Position numbers and translations under genes: made by a program. From Planctomycetota bacterium (GTDB lineage: Bacteria; Planctomycetota; UBA1135; UBA2386), in assembly GCA_016794565.1 (NCBI GenBank), contig JAEUHQ010000103.1, positions 14,841 to 78,840 on the forward strand: 64,000 nucleotides of DNA, given 5' to 3'. Under the pieces are notes generated by a model, which did not search any database, had not been told where the DNA came from, and saw nothing but the letters and a program-made list of their open reading frames with translations. This document shows positions 11,898-20,152 of the stretch, piece after piece (the first letter of the stretch is position 1; each line of letters begins with the position of its first letter).

Positions 11898-13262
11898 GCG
11901 TCCTGCGCCCACCGGTTCGCGGGGCTCGACGACCGATGCCGCCGGCGGCGGCACCGCGGGCGGGTTCGCGGGTGCGGCCGGCGACGGTTCCCAGACCGCG
12001 CCGGTGATGAGACGGGCACCGCGAGAGAACGCGAAGTACTGGAACGCCCAGCCCATCATCACGACGAGCCGGCTGCGGTACCCGATCAGGTAGGCGATGT
12101 GCACGCACCACCAGATCCACCACGCGACGAAGCCGGACAGGCGAGCACCGCCGATCTGGCCCACCCCCGCCGCGCGGCCGATCGTCGCGAGCGAGCCCTT
12201 GTCCCGGTAGCGGAACGGGCGCGTCGCCTTGCCCGCGGCGCGCCGCGCGATGTTCGCAGCCGCGGCGCGACCGGACTGGATCGCGGCGGGCGCCACCCCG
12301 GGCACCGGCCTGCCGTCCTGCTCGCGACTCATCAGGTCGCCGACGACGAACACCTCGGGATGCCCTGGCACCGACAGATCCGGCTCGACGAGCACACGCC
12401 CCGCCCGATCGGTCGGCACTCCGATCGTCCGGCCGAGCGGCGATGCCGCGACGCCCGCGGCCCACAGCACGGTGCGCGCCGGGACGTGCACGTCGCCGAT
12501 CCACACGCCCGTGCAGTCGATGTTCGTGACCTTCGACTGGAGCAGCACCTCGACGCCGAGGCGTTCGAGCTGCGCCTTCGCCTTCGCGGACAGGCCCGGA
12601 TGGAACGGCGGCAGCACGCGGTCCGTGCCCTCGACCAGCAGCACTCGGAGACTGCGCGGGTCGAACGAACGGAAGTCGCGGGCCACGGTCTCGCGCCCGA
12701 TCTCCGACAGCGCACCGGCCAGTTCCACACCCGTCGGCCCCGCGCCGACGACGACGAACGTGAGCGCCGCGCGGAGCTTCGCCGGGTCGCTCTCGCGCTC
12801 CGCGACTTCGAACGCCGAGAGCACGCGCCGCCTCACCTCGAGCGCGTCTTCGACGGTCTTCAGGCCGGGCGCCCACGCCTCCCACTGTGGCTTCCCGAAG
12901 TAGCTGTGCGTCGCACCGGTCGCGACGAGCAGGTAGTCGTACGGGATCGCACCCTCGCGCGTCTCGACGACACGCTTCTCGACGTCGATGCGCTGGCACT
13001 CGCCGAGCAGCGTGCGCACGTTCGCCTGCCGGCTCAGCACCGAGCGGATCGGATAGGCGATGTCGCCGGGATTCAGCGCGGCGGTCGCGACCTGGTAGAG
13101 CAGCGGCTGGAAGACGTGGTGGTTCTTGCGGTCCAGCAGCGTCACGCGCACCGGAGCCTTGCCGAGCGCACGCGCCGCGGAGAGTCCGGCGAACCCTCCG
13201 CCCAGGATCACGACGTGCGGCAGTTCGTTCGCGGGGGTGCACGACGACGCGGAGATGGCCAT
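11895..13262 (-). CDS. ndh: type II NADH:quinone oxidoreductase (NDH-2)
   Basis: 455-aa ORF. HVVILGGGFAGLSAARAL dinucleotide fold, NHHVFQPLLYQVATAAL, and a second GxGxxG in FVVVGAGPTGVELAG. Confidence 0.9.
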   Translation of the reverse strand: MAISASSCTPANELPHVVILGGGFAGLSAARALGKAPVRVTLLDRKNHHVFQPLLYQVATAALNPGDIAYPIRSVLSRQANVRTLLGECQRIDVEKRVVETREGAIPYDYLLVATGATHSYFGKPQWEAWAPGLKTVEDALEVRRRVLSAFEVAERESDPAKLRAALTFVVVGAGPTGVELAGALSEIGRETVARDFRSFDPRSLRVLLVEGTDRVLPPFHPGLSAKAKAQLERLGVEVLLQSKVTNIDCTGVWIGDVHVPARTVLWAAGVAASPLGRTIGVPTDRAGRVLVEPDLSVPGHPEVFVVGDLMSREQDGRPVPGVAPAAIQSGRAAAANIARRAAGKATRPFRYRDKGSLATIGRAAGVGQIGGARLSGFVAWWIWWCVHIAYLIGYRSRLVVMMGWAFQYFAFSRGARLITGAVWEPSPAAPANPPAVPPPAASVVEPREPVGAGR

Positions 13263-13328
13263 GTGTGGCCTTCTCCATCGTCACACGTCCGGCTCCGGCA
13301 CGTCGGCGGTGAGGAACCGCCGGTGCCG

Positions 13329-14639
13329 TCACGCCATCCGGCGCAGCACGATCGAACGTCGGCGGCGCCGCTCGTCGCCCACCGGCATCGCCGCGAGCAC
13401 CCTGGGTGCCGCATCGTGAGCCGCGGTCGCCGTGCGCGCGTGCACGAAGGCCAGCACGTCCCCCGACTGCACGGCGTCGCCGAGAGTCTTCTTCAGCACG
13501 ATGCCGACGTGCGGATCGATCGGGTCGCTCGGCTGGCGCCGACCGCCGCCGAGGTCGACGACGACGTGACCCAGCGCGAGCGGATCGACATCGGCGACGA
13601 ACCCAGGGCGTGCGGCTTCGACGGGAACGACGACCGGCGCGCAGCCGAGCACGGCCGGGTCGTCCATCACGCGCAGATCGCCGCCCTGCAGTTCGAGGTT
13701 GTGGCGGAAGACCTGGCGCACGACGCCGTCGCGCCACAGACGTTCGAGGGTCGCCATCGCCGTCTCCGCATCCGGCGCGGCACCCGCCAGCAGCAGCATC
13801 TCGACACCGAGCGCGAGCGTGACGGCACGCAGGTCGTCCGGACACTGCCCTTCGAGCGCGGCGAGCACTTCGGCGACTTCGAGCGAATTGCCGAGCGCGA
13901 GCCCGAGCGGATGGTCCATGTCGGTGAGCAGCGCCGCCATGCGGATGCCCGCGGAGCGGCCCGTGGCGACGAGGCCTTCCATCAGCGCGACCGCGTCGTT
14001 CTCCTCCTTCATGAAGGCGGCGCGACCGCACTTCACGTCCATCACCAGTCCGTCGATGCCCTCGGCGAGCTTCTTCGACAGGATGGAACTCGTGATGAGC
14101 GGAATGCTCTCGACGGTCCCGCTGACGTCGCGCGTCGCGTACATGCGTCGGTCCGCGGGCGCGAGTTCGACGCTCGGCGCCATCATCGCGTAGCCGCACT
14201 GGTCGAGCACGTGCTGGAAGCGCTCGATCGTGAGGTCGGTGCGATACCCGGGCAACGACGCGAGCTTGTCGATCGTGCCGCCGGTGTGGCCGAGACCCCG
14301 CCCGCTCACCATCGGCACCGCGACGCCCGCAGCGGCGACGAGGGGCGCCAGCACCAGACTGACCTTGTCCCCGACGCCGCCGGTCGAGTGTTTGTCGATC
14401 TTCTTCCGCGGCACGTGCTCGTGCCGCAGCACCCGGCCCGAGTCGCGCATGGCGAGCGTCAGCGCGGTCGTCTCCGCCTCGGTCATGCCGTTGCAGCAGA
14501 CCGCCATCAGGAACGCTCCGAGCTGCGCGTCACCGAGCGAGCCGTCGACGACGCCGGACACGAGGTCGGCGATCTCGACCGCCGAGAGTTCCCCGCCGTC
14601 GCGCTTCTTCGCGATCAGGCGGGCTGGATGGTCGCGCAT
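13329..14639 (-). CDS. deoA: thymidine/pyrimidine-nucleoside phosphorylase
   Basis: 436-aa ORF. IAKKRDGGELS, KHSTGGVGDKVSLVLAPLVAA, SGRGLGHTGGTIDKLASLPGY. Confidence 0.9.
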   Translation of the reverse strand: MRDHPARLIAKKRDGGELSAVEIADLVSGVVDGSLGDAQLGAFLMAVCCNGMTEAETTALTLAMRDSGRVLRHEHVPRKKIDKHSTGGVGDKVSLVLAPLVAAAGVAVPMVSGRGLGHTGGTIDKLASLPGYRTDLTIERFQHVLDQCGYAMMAPSVELAPADRRMYATRDVSGTVESIPLITSSILSKKLAEGIDGLVMDVKCGRAAFMKEENDAVALMEGLVATGRSAGIRMAALLTDMDHPLGLALGNSLEVAEVLAALEGQCPDDLRAVTLALGVEMLLLAGAAPDAETAMATLERLWRDGVVRQVFRHNLELQGGDLRVMDDPAVLGCAPVVVPVEAARPGFVADVDPLALGHVVVDLGGGRRQPSDPIDPHVGIVLKKTLGDAVQSGDVLAFVHARTATAAHDAAPRVLAAMPVGDERRRRRSIVLRRMA

Positions 14640-14714
14640 GGTCTCTCCCCTACGAGGCCCCCGACGCGCCGGCCGGTCGGATCCGCGCCGCGGCCGCTTC
14701 GCGCCGCACCGCCG

Positions 14715-15563
14715 TCACCAGGCCACCGGATGCCACAGGGTCTTGCACTCGACGAACGGTTCGACGAGGGCGAGCGACCGCAGGCCTTCCGCGTTGCTCC
14801 ACTCCGCGACGCTCCGGTCGCAGTAGCGCACGCGCTTGCAGTTGTCCGCCGCGGCGACCGTCAACGCCGCGTCCGGGCGGCCGGCGACCAGCAGCCCGTC
14901 GACGTCGCGATGCGCCGCGAACTGGCTCGCGAGCTCCGCGCGGTGACCGGACAGCAGGTTGAGCGCGCCCCCGGGCACGTCGCTCGACGCACACGCTTCG
15001 CCGAGCGCGAGGCCGGCGAACGGGGCGGTCTCGCTGACGAGGGCCACGACCGCGTTGCCGGAGACGAGCAGCGGCAGCACGAGGGCCAGCACGCCGACGA
15101 GCGCCGGTGCGTCGGGCGCGATCACGCCGACGACGCCGCTCGGCTCGACGGTCGAGAAGTTGAAGAACGGGCCGTTCACCGCGTTCTGGCTGCCGAGCAG
15201 GCTCTGCACCTTGTCGCTGAGGCCCGCGTACCAGGTGACCAGGGAGATCGCGACGTCGAGCTCCTTCTTCGCGGCGGCGGCAGTCGCGCCGCCCGTGCGC
15301 AGTTCGTCCTGCATCGCCGCGCGCCGCGTCTCCAGCATCTCGGCGAGGCGGTAGAGGATCTGGCCGCGCAGGTACGCACTGTGGCCGCTCCACGCGACAA
15401 GCCCCGCGCGCGCCGCGACGACGGCGTCCCGCAGGTCCTTGCGGCTCCCGCGCGCGACGTTGATCGCGGGGTTGCCGGTCGGCTGGAACGAACGCCCCGA
15501 CTCGCTCCGGGGGAACTTGCCGCCGACGAACAGTTTGTAGGTCTTCGGGACCGGAACGGGCAT
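14715..15563 (-). CDS. truncated aldehyde-dehydrogenase-family protein (N-terminal/NAD-binding half only, probably non-catalytic)
   Basis: ATG at 15563, in frame with track ORF 14715..15758; 282 aa. ALDH-like start is YKLFVGGKFPRSESGRSF...RKDLRDAVVAARAGLVAWS...EPSGVVGVIAP. The sequence ends before any ELGGK or catalytic-Cys motif. Confidence 0.6.
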   Translation of the reverse strand: MPVPVPKTYKLFVGGKFPRSESGRSFQPTGNPAINVARGSRKDLRDAVVAARAGLVAWSGHSAYLRGQILYRLAEMLETRRAAMQDELRTGGATAAAAKKELDVAISLVTWYAGLSDKVQSLLGSQNAVNGPFFNFSTVEPSGVVGVIAPDAPALVGVLALVLPLLVSGNAVVALVSETAPFAGLALGEACASSDVPGGALNLLSGHRAELASQFAAHRDVDGLLVAGRPDAALTVAAADNCKRVRYCDRSVAEWSNAEGLRSLALVEPFVECKTLWHPVAW

Positions 15564-15682
15564 GGCAGGAGAACGGTGCCAGGAAGGCACCGGCCCCGCA
15601 AGCACGCGGGCACGGTGAAATCGCCGCGGTCGCGAACGCGACGCGGCCCCACCTCGCTGCCCAGGGGGACGGCCGTACGAAC

Positions 15683-17878
15683 ATGACCACACCGCTCTTC
15701 CGCCGGGCCGCCGCGATCGTGCTGCCCGTTCTCGCCGCGACGAGCGCGGCCCAGGCACCCGAAACCTTGGCGCGGCACCTGCGCAGTGCCGCGGCGCTGC
15801 AGCGCCTCGACGGCGAACTCTGGGGCATCGGCCCGGACTTCAAGGCCGCGTTCCGCCGCGGCGGCGTCGAGTTCACACCGGCACTCGGCCGGACGGCGGC
15901 GACGAACCACCCGCTGTCGATGCGGGTCACCGGGGCGGGGCGCGACCGCGCGACCGCCTTCGACGACCACGCGGAACCGACGCAGCGCGGCCGCGCCGCG
16001 GTGTTCGACCGCGGTGCCTTCGTCGAGCGCTACGACGTCTCCGCGACGGGCCTCGAGCAATCGTTCGTGTTCGACCGTCTGCCGGAAGGGAGCGGGGACC
16101 TCGTCGTGCGCGTCGCGATCACGACCGATCTGCAGCTCGTCCGCCAGGGTGACGACGGACTGCGGTTCGAGCTGCCGGGCCTCGGCGGCGTGGCGATCGG
16201 CGGCGTGACCGGGATCGACGCACACGGCGAACGCGTGCGCGGCACCCTCACGTACGCCGACGGCCGGATGGAACTGGGGCTGCCCGCGGCGTTCTGCGAC
16301 GCGGCCGCGCTGCCGCTCGTGCTCGACCCCCAGATCGGCGCCGTGTTCGCGGTCACCAACTCGATCGCGGACTACGAGGACCCGGAGCTGTCGGCACCGT
16401 TCGGCACGGGCTCGTACCTGTGCGCGTTCACGTTCGCCCTCAGCGCCAGCGACCAGGACATTCGCGCCATCCGCATCGACGCCAACGGCAGCGTGATCGG
16501 GAGCCTGTTCGCCGTCACGACCGGCGCAGGCCTCGACCACGACCCGACGATCGGCTTCGTGACGCTGCGCAGCGCCCACGTGATCGCCTACGAACGCGGC
16601 GGGGATCTGTTCGCGCGCTCGATCACCGCCGGCACCGTCGTCGGCAACGAGATCGCCGCGGCCACCGGGACGGACAACCAGGTCGAACCCGACCTCGGCA
16701 GCGAGACGACGACGAGCGCCGACGACGCGGTGCTCGTCTACCGCAACACGACGCAGAACACGATCCAGGGCGTGCAGATCCAGGTGTCCTCCACCGGCGC
16801 GCTGTCGTCCTTCGGCACCGTCACGCTGGCGACGCCGCCGGTCCTCACGGCCGTCGGCCGTCCCCGCATCTCGCACCACGGCGGAGCGGCGGGCCGCTTC
16901 CTCGTCGTCTATCCCCGCACTTCGCAGATCGTCGGCAGCGACACGAAGCCGCAGCTCGTGCTCGTCGACCGCAACCTCGTCGTCCTCGACTCCGCGCCGG
17001 CGACCGCCACGACGAACGACGAGGACAGTCCCGACGTCGACGGCAACGGCGACACGTGGATCGTCACGTTCGAGAGCGAACCGAACGAAGGGTCGGGCGA
17101 CAACGACATCCGCGCGGTCGCGGTGTCGTACGACGAGCACCAGGGGGCCCTGGTCGTCGACTCTCCCACCACGGTGACCGCGATCGCGAACGTCGACGAG
17201 ATCGACCCGGTCGTCGCGTGCTACCGCACGGGCTCGGCGCTGCTCGCGTGGCGCCGCCGCGCCGGGCCGGCCTCCGCCAACACGGAGGTCTTCATGAAGA
17301 CCATCGACCAGCTCTCGTGCACCGAGTGCGAACCGACCGTGCTGCTCGCGAACACTTCCGACATCGAGACCAACCTGACCGTCGCCGCGCATCCGATCCA
17401 GGACGACGGCGGCCTCGTGCTGTGGGAGACGTCGACCGTGAGCGCCGCGAACGGCGACCTGAACGCGGTCGCCTGGCAGGCCCAGGACGGCGTCCGAGTG
17501 AAGCCGTTCGGCGCGCAGGACTGCGGACTCCCTCTGCCCACGCTGGGCGGCTGCGCCCGCATCGGCAACCTGAACCACCTGATCCAGGTGCACGGACTCG
17601 ACGGCTCGACGTGGAGCACCCTCGTCCTGTCCCTGAACGCGTCCTGGCTCGTGTGCGGCAACTGCCGCCTCTACGCCGACCCGTTCGACGGCATCGTCTT
17701 CCCGTCGACGCTCGGCACCGACGGATTCGCGAGCACCCTGGTCCCGATCCCGCCGTTCACCAGCTTGCGCGGCCTGCAGTTCTTCGCGCAGTGGGTCGTG
17801 AACAACCAGACGCCGAGCGCCGCGTGTTCGTGGCTGCAGGCCGACTTCAGCAACGCCATCGCCATCACCGTCGAGTGA
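15683..17878 (+). CDS. secreted repeat protein, paralog family type A (A1): N-terminal beta-rich module + ~7 propeller-like repeats + Cys-containing C-terminal domain
   Basis: 731-aa ORF. Signal peptide is MTTPLFRRAAAIVLPVLAATSAAQA. Shared module islands are WGIGPDFKAAF, FTPALGR, YDVSATGLEQSFVFD, GDLVVRV, GGVAIGGVTGID and LPLVLDPQIG. The C-terminus reads ...CGNCRLYADP...LRGLQFFAQWVV...FSNAIAITVE. Confidence 0.8.
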   Translation: MTTPLFRRAAAIVLPVLAATSAAQAPETLARHLRSAAALQRLDGELWGIGPDFKAAFRRGGVEFTPALGRTAATNHPLSMRVTGAGRDRATAFDDHAEPTQRGRAAVFDRGAFVERYDVSATGLEQSFVFDRLPEGSGDLVVRVAITTDLQLVRQGDDGLRFELPGLGGVAIGGVTGIDAHGERVRGTLTYADGRMELGLPAAFCDAAALPLVLDPQIGAVFAVTNSIADYEDPELSAPFGTGSYLCAFTFALSASDQDIRAIRIDANGSVIGSLFAVTTGAGLDHDPTIGFVTLRSAHVIAYERGGDLFARSITAGTVVGNEIAAATGTDNQVEPDLGSETTTSADDAVLVYRNTTQNTIQGVQIQVSSTGALSSFGTVTLATPPVLTAVGRPRISHHGGAAGRFLVVYPRTSQIVGSDTKPQLVLVDRNLVVLDSAPATATTNDEDSPDVDGNGDTWIVTFESEPNEGSGDNDIRAVAVSYDEHQGALVVDSPTTVTAIANVDEIDPVVACYRTGSALLAWRRRAGPASANTEVFMKTIDQLSCTECEPTVLLANTSDIETNLTVAAHPIQDDGGLVLWETSTVSAANGDLNAVAWQAQDGVRVKPFGAQDCGLPLPTLGGCARIGNLNHLIQVHGLDGSTWSTLVLSLNASWLVCGNCRLYADPFDGIVFPSTLGTDGFASTLVPIPPFTSLRGLQFFAQWVVNNQTPSAACSWLQADFSNAIAITVE

Positions 17879-17882
17879 CGCC

Positions 17883-20069
17883 ATGAACCTCCTCCACGCC
17901 TCCCCGCTCCTGCTCGCGTTCTCGGCCACGCTGCCGGCCCAGACGTTCGACCTTCGCTCGGCGCACACCGTCGTGCGCACCGGCGACGGCGCCGTCCTGG
18001 CAATCGGCCGCGACTACAAGGCCACATTCGCCGCGGACGGTGCGACGTTCGCTCCGGCGCTCGGCCCCCGAGCGGCCGTGCGCGGAGAACTCACGCTTCG
18101 GGTCGCTCGCATCGGTCGCGACAACCGGGTGGCGTGGCAGGCCGACACCGCGCCGACCGCGGCGGCCGCACTGCGCGATCACGTCGTGACCTTCGCCCGC
18201 GGCGTGTGTACCGAGACGTACGAGTGCCGCGTCGACGGGGTCGAACAGAGCTTCGTGTTCGACCGGCGCCCCGACGGCACCGGCGACCTCGTGGTGCGTT
18301 GCGACGTGACGACCGCGCTCGAGCCGACGGTGCGCGGCGACGGCACGCTCTTCTTCCACGACGGCGCGATCGGCGGCGTGACCGTCGGCGCGATCACCGG
18401 CGTCGACGCGATCGGCCGCACGTGCCCCGGGTCGCTGCAACGGCACGACGGGGCGATCGAACTGCGCCTCCCGGCAGCGTTCGTCGACTCCGCCGCGTAT
18501 CCGCTCACGCTCGATCCGCTGCTCGCGACGGGATTCCTGATCGGCAGCGCCACGGACAACGAGGACCAGGTCGACGCGGCGTACGGCGCGTCGCCGAACA
18601 CGACGCTCGTCGTGTGGCGACGCAGCTACTCGCAGTGGAACCAGGACGTCTACGGACAGCAGGTCGCGAACGACGGTTCGCTGTCCGGCCCGCTGCTCGT
18701 CATCTCGTCCGGTGCGCACGCCGAACGTTCCCCGTCGGTGACCTACGTCCGCGGCCGGAACCGCCACGTGGTGTGCTGGCTGCAGGCGTCGTCGATGGTC
18801 GGACCGTGGACCGTCGAGGCGCGCACCGTGAACGGCGCCACGCTCGGCTCGACCGTCACGGTGTCGGGCAACACGGCGCCGAACGGCCGCTGGATCACGT
18901 CCGCGGGCGACAGCAGCGCACTCGGCACCAGCACGCTCGTCGTCTGGGCGACCGCGCTCGGCACTTCCCCGTTCGGCGAACAGACGACGATCCTGCGCAC
19001 CAACACGATCGACATCAGCGCCTTCGGCACGGTCTCGGTCGGCACCCCGGCGGACCTCACTTCGTCGCTCGCCTTCCCGACGGACGACGTGTTCGCGCTG
19101 CCGAAGAGCCGCACGCCGGGCGGCGTGACCGCGCTCGCCGCGCACGTTCCGGGCCAGACGGGCCAGCACCGCGTCCACGCCCTCGACCATCTCGGCAACT
19201 ACCTGGCCGCGTCGGTGCACGTGAGCACGACGGATCCCGCGAAGGAACCCGCGCTCGCGATCGACGGCAACGGCACCGACTTCGTCGTCGCGTGCCGCCG
19301 CTTCGACGGCGAAACCGTCGTGCGCCAGATCACGTGGAACGGAACCGCGTTCACTTCGGGCACGAACGTCACCGTGCTCGGCACGCCGCAGAGCAGCGCG
19401 TGCGCGGTCGGGTTCCTCGGCGAACGCTTCCTCGTCGCATGGTCCGAAGGCACCGCCAACCCGTTCGACAACGACCTCCGCGGCGTCGCGATCAAGCCGA
19501 ACTGCGAGGTGTGCAGCCAGAGCTTCACGCTGGCGAGCGTCGCGCGGCCGAACGCCCGCGGCCCCGCGATCGCACCGGTCGTCGCCGGCGGCGGCAGTAC
19601 GAACACCGCGCTGCTCGCTTGGGACGAGACGAACACGAGCTCGCCGTTCACCGGCAGCGTCGTCGGACGGTTCTTCGCGGCGATGGTCGGTGCGCCGCCG
19701 GTCTTCCTGAGCCCCGGCTGCGGCAACGGCGGCACGGCGAGCGCCACGGGCCCGTTCTCGCCGGGCAACGACCAGTTCGCGTTCGCCCTGTCCGGTGGCG
19801 ACCCGACCGCGCCGTTCGCCCTGATCAGCCTCAGCCTCGGCGGCTCGTCGGTCCTCTGCGGCTGCGAACTCACGAACTTCCTCGTGCTCGAGGCCACGCT
19901 CGCGCAGGCCGGCAGCTCCACCTACGCGTTCAAGCCGTGGTGCGACCCGAGCTACCTCGGCACGGACATCGAGTTCCAGTGGCTGCTGTGGCCCGCCGCG
20001 CAGAGCCCGTGCCCGATCGTGGAGAACCTCGCCGCCAGCAACCGGATGCTCGTCACGCTGCAGCCGTAG
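17883..20069 (+). CDS. secreted repeat protein, paralog family type B (B1)
   Basis: 728-aa ORF starting 4 nt after the A1 stop. Signal peptide is MNLLHASPLLLAFSATLPAQ. Module islands are AIGRDYKATF, FAPALG, VDGVEQSFVFD, GDLVVRC, GGVTVGAITGVD and YPLTLDPLLA. Repeats end LVVW, VVCW, LVVW, FLVAW and LLAW. The C-terminus reads PGCGNGG...LCGCELTNF...FQWLLWPAAQSPCPIVENLAASNRMLVTLQP. Confidence 0.8.
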   Translation: MNLLHASPLLLAFSATLPAQTFDLRSAHTVVRTGDGAVLAIGRDYKATFAADGATFAPALGPRAAVRGELTLRVARIGRDNRVAWQADTAPTAAAALRDHVVTFARGVCTETYECRVDGVEQSFVFDRRPDGTGDLVVRCDVTTALEPTVRGDGTLFFHDGAIGGVTVGAITGVDAIGRTCPGSLQRHDGAIELRLPAAFVDSAAYPLTLDPLLATGFLIGSATDNEDQVDAAYGASPNTTLVVWRRSYSQWNQDVYGQQVANDGSLSGPLLVISSGAHAERSPSVTYVRGRNRHVVCWLQASSMVGPWTVEARTVNGATLGSTVTVSGNTAPNGRWITSAGDSSALGTSTLVVWATALGTSPFGEQTTILRTNTIDISAFGTVSVGTPADLTSSLAFPTDDVFALPKSRTPGGVTALAAHVPGQTGQHRVHALDHLGNYLAASVHVSTTDPAKEPALAIDGNGTDFVVACRRFDGETVVRQITWNGTAFTSGTNVTVLGTPQSSACAVGFLGERFLVAWSEGTANPFDNDLRGVAIKPNCEVCSQSFTLASVARPNARGPAIAPVVAGGGSTNTALLAWDETNTSSPFTGSVVGRFFAAMVGAPPVFLSPGCGNGGTASATGPFSPGNDQFAFALSGGDPTAPFALISLSLGGSSVLCGCELTNFLVLEATLAQAGSSTYAFKPWCDPSYLGTDIEFQWLLWPAAQSPCPIVENLAASNRMLVTLQP
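19922..20035 (+). repeat. 114-nt run identical to 24375-24488 (3' region of B1 versus B2)
   Basis: By-eye comparison of CTACGCGTTCAAGCCGTGGTGCGACCCGAGCTACCTCGGCACGGACATCGAGTTCCAGTGGCTGCTGTGGCCCGCCGCGCAGAGCCCGTGCCCGATCGTGGAGAACCTCGCCGC in both genes. Flanking sequence back to ~19681 / ~24133 is highly similar but not identical. Confidence 0.8.
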
Positions 20070-20152
20070 GGCCGCTGCGCCGGGAACGCGAACTTCGTGC
20101 GAACGGCGCGCCCCTCCGGTTCGCTGCCCCCCGGGAGGCCTCGATCCGAGCC

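Noticed and set aside
11734-17980. Very long ORFs 11734..14199 (-), 12099..15686 (+) and 15176..17980 (-)
   Set aside because: They are out of frame with or antisense to the well-supported ndh, deoA, ALDH-like and A1 genes. They have low-complexity Arg/Ala/Gly/Pro composition and no motifs.
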